Assembly (NCBI GenBank): GCA_024654415.1
Contig: JANLHQ010000091.1
Coordinates: forward strand, 1 to 39,348
Length of the DNA: 39,348 nucleotides
Direction of reading: 5' to 3'
Source of the DNA: Candidatus Azambacteria bacterium
GTDB taxonomy: Bacteria > Patescibacteriota > Minisyncoccia > GWC2-36-17 > WO2-46-25
How positions within the stretch are numbered: position 1 is the stretch's first letter; each line of letters opens with the position of its first letter. The position numbers were made by a program, and so were the translations under genes. The notes beneath the pieces are model-generated. The model was given only the letters and a program-made list of their open reading frames with translations. It did no database searches and had not been told where the DNA came from. Of the stretch, positions 33,000 through 39,348 are shown one piece after another.

Positions 33000-34381
33000 G
33001 ACAAAAATACAAATATGGATTCCATGACACTATCACTCCCCTCTATCACACGAAACAGGGACTTTCTGAGGCGGTAGTGCGAGAGATATCGGCAATAAAA
33101 CAAGAACCCCAGTGGATGCGGGACGCTCGTCTTCGCGCGCTTGCTGTTTTTAATAAAAAACCGATGCCCACATGGGGCGCCGACCTTTCAAACATAGACT
33201 TTAAAAAAATCACGTACTACGCTCGGTCATCTGACAAACCGGCACACACATGGGGAAAGGTACCTAAAAAAATAAAAACCGCATTTGAACGGCTTGGCGT
33301 TCCGGAGGCGGAGCGAAAATTTTTTGCAGGCGTAGGAGCGCAGTACGACTCCGAGACTGTGTACCATCATATTCAAAAGGATCTTGAGGCTAAAGGGATT
33401 ATTTTTACTGATACCGATACCGCTCTTCGCACGTACCCAGATCTTTTTAAACAATACTTTGGTACCGTAGTGCCCGTCGGTGATAATAAGTTTTCTGCGC
33501 TCAATGCGGCGTGTTGGTCTGGTGGAAGCTTTATATACATCCCGAAAGGGGTAACAGTTGATCTACCGCTTCAAGCATATTTTCGTATCAATAAGAAAAA
33601 TATGGGCCAGTTTGAGCGCACGCTTATCATCGCAGATGAAGACAGCGATGTGCATTACATTGAAGGATGTACTGCGCCAGTCTACACCACAGACTCGCTC
33701 CATGCGGCGGTCGTGGAAATTATCGTGCGTCCACGAGCGCGCGTCCGATATACCACCATTCAAAACTGGTCATCAAATGTATACAACCTTGTTACAAAAC
33801 GCGCCCGCGCTGAACAAGGCGCGCTTGTAGAATGGATCGACGGAAATCTCGGATCAAAAACAACAATGAAGTACCCTTCTGTATTTCTCGCGGGCGCGGG
33901 CGCTCGTGCTGACATCCTCTCCGTATCACTTGCAGGAAAAGGTCAGCACCAAGACGCAGGCGCAAAAGTTGTACATCTTGCACCAGATACATCCTCATCC
34001 ATCGTTGCAAAATCGGTTTCGTTCGGTGGTGGAAGAACAAGCTATCGTGGGCTCGCGCAAGTGGTAAAGGGAGCGCACAATGCACGCATCAAAGTACGGT
34101 GCGATGCACTCGTACTTGATAAGAAGTCGCGCTCAGACACCTACCCCACTATTAAGGCCGCAGAAAACAACGCGACAATTGAGCATGAAGCAACGGTATC
34201 AAAAATAAGCGAGCAAGAGCTTTTCTACCTTCGTGCACGGGGATTTTCAGAAACAGAGGCCGCCTCGCTTGTGGTTTCTGGGTTCTTTGAGCCACTCGCA
34301 AAAACACTGCCAATCGATTATGCGATAGAGCTCAACCGCCTTATCCAAATGGAAATGGAATCTAGTATAAAAACCGCATGA
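32996..34381 (+). CDS. sufB: Fe-S cluster assembly scaffold SufB
   Basis: Typical SufB regions: EPQWMRDARLRAL, GVGAQYDSETVYH, HYIEGCTAP, TIQNWSSNVYNLVTKRA, HEATVSKISEQELFYLRARG. Confidence 0.95.
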   Translation: MRQKYKYGFHDTITPLYHTKQGLSEAVVREISAIKQEPQWMRDARLRALAVFNKKPMPTWGADLSNIDFKKITYYARSSDKPAHTWGKVPKKIKTAFERLGVPEAERKFFAGVGAQYDSETVYHHIQKDLEAKGIIFTDTDTALRTYPDLFKQYFGTVVPVGDNKFSALNAACWSGGSFIYIPKGVTVDLPLQAYFRINKKNMGQFERTLIIADEDSDVHYIEGCTAPVYTTDSLHAAVVEIIVRPRARVRYTTIQNWSSNVYNLVTKRARAEQGALVEWIDGNLGSKTTMKYPSVFLAGAGARADILSVSLAGKGQHQDAGAKVVHLAPDTSSSIVAKSVSFGGGRTSYRGLAQVVKGAHNARIKVRCDALVLDKKSRSDTYPTIKAAENNATIEHEATVSKISEQELFYLRARGFSETEAASLVVSGFFEPLAKTLPIDYAIELNRLIQMEMESSIKTA

Positions 34382-35034
34382 AATCTATACATAGAAAACT
34401 CATGAAGATCCCAAAAGTGCGCATCAATACAGAGAAATCACGCACTATCGCCACTTTTTCAAGCGAATGCGGAAGCGCGCTTAAAAAACGTATTATTCTC
34501 AAAGAAAAAAACGAGCACATGCGCTGGCTTTTGGTCTTCGAAAAAACTGCTCCAAAAACAATAGATATTGCGGTCACGCTTGCCGCAAAGGGTGCCTGCG
34601 TGGACATAGGGTTTGCGTGGCACGGCACAAAAAACATGGCGAGCGATATCATGCTTACCGTTTCCCATGAAGCACCAAAAACCGAATCACGCGTGGCATT
34701 TGGGGCGGCGCTTGAGGGAATGTCGAAAGTATATTTTCGCGGACTCGCACGCGTCGCTAAAAAAGCGGTCGGTTCGCGCGCGCACCTCTCTGCAAAAGCA
34801 CTCATGCTCTCCCCTCGCGCGATCGCATTCCTCAAACCTGATCTTGAAGTTGCTACGAGTGAAGCTATCGCGGGGCATGGCTCTAGCGTTGGGCGCCCAA
34901 GTGATAAAGAGTTGTTCTATCTCTCCTCGCGCGGGATGACAGAAATACGGGCGAAAAAAATGCTGTGCGACGCTTTTCTAAAAGATATAACGAAGTCACA
35001 AATCGCGATCCCATCGTCCCATGGTATAGTATAA
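34378..35034 (+). CDS. sufD: Minimal SufD-like protein (218 aa, beta-helix core only)
   Basis: SufBD core ...HEAPKTESRVAFGAALEGMSKVYFRGLARVAKKAVGSRAHLSAKALMLSPRAIAFLKPDLEV..SEAIAGHGSSVGRPSDKELFYLSSRGM. ATGA overlap with sufB. Confidence 0.75.
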   Translation: MKSIHRKLMKIPKVRINTEKSRTIATFSSECGSALKKRIILKEKNEHMRWLLVFEKTAPKTIDIAVTLAAKGACVDIGFAWHGTKNMASDIMLTVSHEAPKTESRVAFGAALEGMSKVYFRGLARVAKKAVGSRAHLSAKALMLSPRAIAFLKPDLEVATSEAIAGHGSSVGRPSDKELFYLSSRGMTEIRAKKMLCDAFLKDITKSQIAIPSSHGIV

Positions 35035-35060
35035 TAAATGACGAAACCACAATAAACACC

Positions 35061-36281
35061 ATGCCACTTAATTTTCACACAATCAAAAAAGATTTTCCTA
35101 TTTTCACAACACATAAAAAGCTTGTGTATTTAGACAATGCCGCTACTACACAAAAACCGAGCGCGGTGATCAATGCGCTCGCGCACCACTACCGTACCGC
35201 AAACGCAAACATCAAGCGTGGTATCTATGGTTTGAGTGAAGACGCGACAGAGGCATATGAAGAAGCGCGCTGGAAAGTTGCGCAATTTTGTGGCACTCCA
35301 TGCGCACGGCAAATCATTTTCACTAAGAATACCACTGAAGCGATTAACCTTGTCGCGCATAGTTTTACGCGCGCGCACTGCAAACGGGGAGATGAAATTC
35401 TGCTTACCGTGATGGAGCACCACTCCAACATTGTGCCATGGCAAATGATTGCAAAGGAAAGAGGGTTGAAACTGCGGTTCGTGAATATCACAAAAACTGG
35501 CGAACTCGATATGCGCGACCTCAAAAGTAAAATTACCTCCCGTACAAAGCTATGTGCGGTAACGCACGTTTCTAACGTGCTGGGCACTATTAACCCTATT
35601 GCTGAGCTTGTTACACTCCTCCATGCGCGTGGTATCCCCGTTTTGGTTGATGGTGCACAAGCAATCGGACACATACCGGTGCATGTCGAAAAACTTGGGT
35701 GTGATTTTTATGTATTTTCTGGTCATAAGATGTTCGCGCCAACAGGCATCGGGGCATTGTACATCCATCAAAAATATCTCGAGACGCTTCCGCCCTTCCA
35801 AAGTGGTGGAGATATGGTGTTATCGGTAACCGAACGCGGCGCGACATTCCAAGATGCACCTGAACGGTTTGAGGCAGGAACCCCACCGATAGAAGCAGCA
35901 GTTGCCCTTGGCGTAGCAGCTGATTATATTTCAAAACTTGGCGTGATGAATATTCGTCAGCATGAAATAACGCTTACCGCATACGCACTACGCAAACTTG
36001 CGCGTATTCCTGGCATTACTCTCTTCGGGCCGAAAAAGGCACAGCAAAAAACAGGGGTCATTTCTTTCGCGTTCAACACTATTCATCCTCATGATCTTGC
36101 GTCATTACTCGATGAAAAAAATATTGCCATTCGCGCGGGGCATCACTGCGCAATGCCGCTTCACCGCTCTCTTGGTGTTACCGCAAGCGCGCGAGCAAGT
36201 TTTTCAATTTATAACACAAAGAAAGACGTTGACGCATTATGCGCGGCGCTCGTTACAATCACTGACGCATTACACATATAA
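35061..36281 (+). CDS. sufS: Cysteine desulfurase SufS (class V aminotransferase, group II)
   Basis: Trimmed to ATG 35061 (MPLNFHTIKKDFPIF...VYLDNAATTQKP). PLP lysine context FSGHKMFAPTGIG. Catalytic loop RAGHHCAMPL. Confidence 0.93.
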   Translation: MPLNFHTIKKDFPIFTTHKKLVYLDNAATTQKPSAVINALAHHYRTANANIKRGIYGLSEDATEAYEEARWKVAQFCGTPCARQIIFTKNTTEAINLVAHSFTRAHCKRGDEILLTVMEHHSNIVPWQMIAKERGLKLRFVNITKTGELDMRDLKSKITSRTKLCAVTHVSNVLGTINPIAELVTLLHARGIPVLVDGAQAIGHIPVHVEKLGCDFYVFSGHKMFAPTGIGALYIHQKYLETLPPFQSGGDMVLSVTERGATFQDAPERFEAGTPPIEAAVALGVAADYISKLGVMNIRQHEITLTAYALRKLARIPGITLFGPKKAQQKTGVISFAFNTIHPHDLASLLDEKNIAIRAGHHCAMPLHRSLGVTASARASFSIYNTKKDVDALCAALVTITDALHI

Positions 36282-36643
36282 TGGATATTGCTCACTTTAA
36301 AAAAATATGGGAACATGCACAACTCTCGCCCTATGCGGGAGTGATCAAGCGACCTGATATGAGCGGCACAGGAGAAAACCCATTATGTGGGGATACGCTC
36401 CGCATTGATCTCGTCGTAAAAAACGGTATTATTCGTGATGCAAAATTCACTCATCATGGGTGCGCACTGTCTGCAACAGCCACATCTCTTCTTCTTGAGA
36501 GCCTTATTGGTAAGCGTGTTGCCACAATACAAAAACTTAATGAATATGACCTCTTGAAGCTTATCGGTGCCCCCGTAAGCCCTGCGCGGCTTTCCTGTGC
36601 CCTCCTGCCGCTTCGTGTTGCAAAGGCAGTTCAACAAAAGTAA
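36281..36643 (+). CDS. sufU: SufU/IscU-type Fe-S/sulfur-transfer scaffold
   Basis: GENPLCGDTLRIDL...FTHHGCALSATATSLL...ARLSCALLP: the three conserved Cys of the NifU-N/SufU fold. TAATG overlap with sufS. Confidence 0.85.
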   Translation: MDIAHFKKIWEHAQLSPYAGVIKRPDMSGTGENPLCGDTLRIDLVVKNGIIRDAKFTHHGCALSATATSLLLESLIGKRVATIQKLNEYDLLKLIGAPVSPARLSCALLPLRVAKAVQQK

Positions 36644-36684
36644 CATTTCCCCATATCTTTCGTCTTTAATTATACTGTGAGTCC

Positions 36685-37209
36685 ATGGCTATGCACGACA
36701 AACAAAGCAAGGAATTCATGGCACTCTATGACCAGTACAGTGACGCGATATTCCGCTTTACGCTCTTTAAAGTGAGCAACAAAGAAACAGCATGGGACCT
36801 TACCCAGGAATGCTTTTTTAAGACGTGGCAACACCTCTCGAAGGATAAAAAGGCAATTACAAACACAAAGGCATTCCTCTATACGGTCGCGCGAAACCTA
36901 GTGATCGATTACTGGCGATCAAAAGAGAAGCATGCCACTGTAGATATTGAGGCAGCATCCTACGTTATTGACGACGGTAACGATGTACACCATGAAGCCG
37001 TCTTGCAAGATGAGGCACGATATCTTCTCCGTCTCCTAAAAAATATCCCGGAAGAAAGTCGTGAAATCCTCACATTACGATATACTGACGGCCTCTCTTT
37101 TGAGGAAATTGCCGTAATTACCGGAAAAAGTAACGTCGCAATACGTGTACACACCCATCGTGCGCTCAAGAAATTGAGATCATATATGAAGGATGCTGAT
37201 ACAAAATAA
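36685..37209 (+). CDS. ECF-type RNA polymerase sigma factor (sigma-70 family, regions 2 and 4)
   Basis: Region 2 DLTQECFFKTWQHL...FLYTVARNLVIDYWR. Region 4 ILTLRYTDGLSFEEIAVITGKSNVAIRVHTHRALKKLR. TATACT ends 8 nt upstream of the ATG. Confidence 0.88.
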   Translation: MAMHDKQSKEFMALYDQYSDAIFRFTLFKVSNKETAWDLTQECFFKTWQHLSKDKKAITNTKAFLYTVARNLVIDYWRSKEKHATVDIEAASYVIDDGNDVHHEAVLQDEARYLLRLLKNIPEESREILTLRYTDGLSFEEIAVITGKSNVAIRVHTHRALKKLRSYMKDADTK

Positions 37210-37210
37210 T

Positions 37211-38245
37211 ATGAGTAACTTCAAAAAACAATTTAAACTCCTAAGGGCAATTACCCCTGATGCGTCGCGGAAAGAGAGTTTTCGACATATCCTACAAAGT
37301 AAGGTGGTGTTCGAAGCGACAACCATGCCCGCACAAAGCATATTTACATATATGCGCCGAACTATACGTACCGTGCCTGCACTGGTGTTTGCACTAATTA
37401 TTACGCTCATCGGCTCAGGAAGTGGTATTTCATACGCAGCGCAAAATGCAATTCCCGGCGAATCCTTGTACGGCATAAAGCTTGCCACTGAGCAGGCGCG
37501 CATTGTTATCACTCCCAATAAACAAACCAAAGCCGAACTTCATCTTAGTTTTGCCTCGCGGCGTTTAGATGAACTAGAGCAACTTATCGAACAAAATGGT
37601 AGCCCGCACGTTGCGGTTAGCGAGACCCTTACACGCTATGAACATGAGCTCAATGAGAGCGAGGCGCTCGCCATAAATGACCCACTTCTCGCACAGGCAA
37701 TTTCCCTCATTATTGGTGAAACGACGGAATCTCACAAACAAACCTTGCGAAGAGTTTCTGAAAAAGCCCATGCGCGGTTGATTGATGGTGATTTCGACGA
37801 TGAATTCAATGATGCATATGAACATGCTGAATCCAAAGACGATGCAGTTCTCTATGCGGCGCTTACAGCAACATCAACCCCATCAGCAACGATCCCTCTT
37901 GTAATCAGAGAGAAATCACGCAAAAAATGGGAATCGATTGAGGACGATATGAAAAAAATTGAAGGAGCTCACAGTGCCCCTGGTACAGCAGAAAATAACA
38001 CCACAACAATAGCAACCGGAACGACTGCCGCGCTCACTACCGCTCACGCAAGTATTAATGAAGCAAAAACGAACTGGGAAAACGGCGAGTATGCTGAAGC
38101 GCTCAAGTATTCCATTGAAGCGCGTGAGCACGTAAAAAAAGCAGGGAAGATTGAAAAAGAAAGGAAGAAAGAAGAGGATCGAGAGAAAAGCAAACAGAGG
38201 GATGAGCGCACCCAAAAAGAGGACGAGGATGAAAAAGATGACTAA
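37211..38245 (+). CDS. Putative anti-sigma/partner membrane protein (DUF5667-like) with highly charged C-terminal tail
   Basis: Trimmed to ATG 37211, 1 nt after the sigma stop. TM VPALVFALIITLIGSGSGISYA. PGESLYGIKLATEQARIVITPNKQTKAELHLSFASRRLDELEQL resembles DUF5667 (from memory). Tail KIEKERKKEEDREKSKQRDERTQKEDEDEKDD. Confidence 0.55.
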   Translation: MSNFKKQFKLLRAITPDASRKESFRHILQSKVVFEATTMPAQSIFTYMRRTIRTVPALVFALIITLIGSGSGISYAAQNAIPGESLYGIKLATEQARIVITPNKQTKAELHLSFASRRLDELEQLIEQNGSPHVAVSETLTRYEHELNESEALAINDPLLAQAISLIIGETTESHKQTLRRVSEKAHARLIDGDFDDEFNDAYEHAESKDDAVLYAALTATSTPSATIPLVIREKSRKKWESIEDDMKKIEGAHSAPGTAENNTTTIATGTTAALTTAHASINEAKTNWENGEYAEALKYSIEAREHVKKAGKIEKERKKEEDREKSKQRDERTQKEDEDEKDD

Positions 38246-38248
38246 CCG

Positions 38249-39271
38249 CTAACGGCCTATAAAGTCAAAAACGAGGAGAATTGACCACCCGATCAATAGC
38301 ACAAACCATCCGAGGAGTAAGATAATATCCATTCGTTTATTGAATGAAAGCGAGAAGTTCTCCGCAGCCATTGTATACACATCTCCAAGCGTATCAAATT
38401 TCTCTTTGATGTTCCGCCTCCATTCGTCAAGGTGGAATTTTTTTTCTATCAAACTAAATACTTTCGCTGAATACCAGTCACCGATGAGTTTAATGTTCCG
38501 TTCGGTTGATTCGAATTCAATAATCGAGCGAGACCGCGCATGAATAATCTTACGCACCACATCCTTGATGCCGCTTTTACGGAATAATGTGAATACTTTC
38601 TTATCTTGCGCATGCAGTAAGCGTACAAGTTTGTTTAGCCGTCGATCAAGCTCAAAGTCCAAAATACGATATCGCAGTAACTGCAGATTACCAAGTTCAA
38701 GCAAGCTAATTGTCTCTTCAAATTGACCTGCTTGATTAAAGATAAATGCACCGTCCCAATCTACAACCAATAGATCGTCCTTGCCGTATTTAATACTAGC
38801 TTCAAGGGTTTGAGCGATCGCCTGCTCATCAAGCGTCTCTCGCTCGCTTTTTAAAAATGCGGCGGCATGTGGCATGCGTTCAAAAAATTCCTCTGGTCGC
38901 CCACTATAGTGTGACACGCAAAAAACACTATACTCTTCTTCAAAATTTTTATATGTATCATACTTGCCCACAATATCTTTTGATGCGGCAAGCATTGTGC
39001 GCTTCAACGCAGGAACCGTTGTATCAAAAATATCTTTTACGTCAGCAATCCCCTCAACCACAATGAGATTTGGAGAATATCGTTTCACACGGAAACGAAT
39101 GTCTTCCCCGTCTATTTTCTTCACCACAACCTCTGCTAAGGACGGTAAAGGCGTTGTTCGTGTGTAGTTCGGCGCGCTTCGCGCTTCGCGAATCCCCTCA
39201 ACCGGCACACCGCTCCAATTCTTTTTTGCTTCGCCGACAAACAGAGTAACTAATTTTCCTGGGGTAATCAT
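38249..39271 (-). CDS. DUF155/RMD1-like protein with C-terminal TM helix
   Basis: DDLLVVDWDGAFIFN, LLELGNLQLLRYRILDFELD, IGDWYSAKVF...FHLDEWRRNIKEKFDTLGDVY...NKRMDIILLLGWFVLLIGWSILLV matches my recollection of the DUF155 layout. Extended -10 TGgTATAAT ends 6 nt upstream of the ATG. Confidence 0.5.
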   Translation of the reverse strand: MITPGKLVTLFVGEAKKNWSGVPVEGIREARSAPNYTRTTPLPSLAEVVVKKIDGEDIRFRVKRYSPNLIVVEGIADVKDIFDTTVPALKRTMLAASKDIVGKYDTYKNFEEEYSVFCVSHYSGRPEEFFERMPHAAAFLKSERETLDEQAIAQTLEASIKYGKDDLLVVDWDGAFIFNQAGQFEETISLLELGNLQLLRYRILDFELDRRLNKLVRLLHAQDKKVFTLFRKSGIKDVVRKIIHARSRSIIEFESTERNIKLIGDWYSAKVFSLIEKKFHLDEWRRNIKEKFDTLGDVYTMAAENFSLSFNKRMDIILLLGWFVLLIGWSILLVFDFIGR

Positions 39272-39348
39272 GATAAAATTATACCACGATGAACAGGAAA
39301 ATTACACCGTTTGACATGCACATGGATGCGGTATAAAAACGGATACGC

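Noticed and set aside
1-39348. Search for tRNA/rRNA genes, transposases, integrases, toxin-antitoxin pairs, restriction or other defence genes, and prophage remnants
   Set aside because: By eye I found no cloverleaf-like T-arm/anticodon architecture, no rRNA-like tracts, and no nuclease, helicase, recombinase or reverse-transcriptase motifs in any ORF. tRNAscan, Infernal or HMM tools could still reveal something I missed.

Overview
All family calls below come from reading the translations and motifs by eye. No database search or computation was run.

This 39.3-kb window looks like part of a small, streamlined bacterial genome. My inference is Candidate Phyla Radiation/Patescibacteria, Parcubacteria-like. 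The grounds are a short AlaRS, extended ribosomal proteins, membrane-anchored DsbA proteins, DUF1573 and DUF5667-like proteins, and few Shine-Dalgarno (SD) sites.

Gene content in order:
- a partial 2-hydroxyacid dehydrogenase and a PEGA-domain membrane protein
- a minus-strand translation block: infA-rpmJ-rpsM-rpsK-rpsD-rpoA-rplQ-rplM-rpsI
- alaS, an FtsA-like gene and a 556-aa membrane protein
- an apparently GC-richer, SD-bearing patch with purB-purC, an outer-membrane-like beta-barrel gene and two unannotated mini membrane ORFs, interrupted by mnmA
- a seven-gene cluster of extracytoplasmic Cys-motif proteins: a His/Cys membrane protein, 2x DUF1573, a CC-x8-C-x-H protein, DsbA, a CxxC membrane protein and a rhodanese
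- a degenerate metal-binding-domain remnant, a small membrane protein and a CopB-type (CPH motif) P1B ATPase
- a stand-alone gene built from fourteen 21-bp tandem repeats (G-D-V-S-x-I-x heptads)
- a ferredoxin plus FAD-reductase pair, an orphan gene and a TrmH-family methyltransferase
- a tightly overlapped operon: DsbA, rhodanese, three His-containing membrane proteins and a WrbA-like flavodoxin with a Cys-rich tail
- Rrf2-sufCBDSU, an ECF sigma factor with a DUF5667-like partner, and a DUF155/RMD1-like gene

I saw no tRNA, rRNA, CRISPR array, transposase, integrase or recognisable defence genes.

The best candidates for something undescribed are:
- the DsbA-rhodanese-membrane-WrbA operon (28437-31744) and its partial paralog (19905-21672), which may be a thiol/sulfur redox relay independent of DsbB/VKOR
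- the Cys-motif envelope cluster (17197-21672)
- the heptad-repeat gene (24555-24965)
- the split between near-leaderless core genes and SD-led accessory genes
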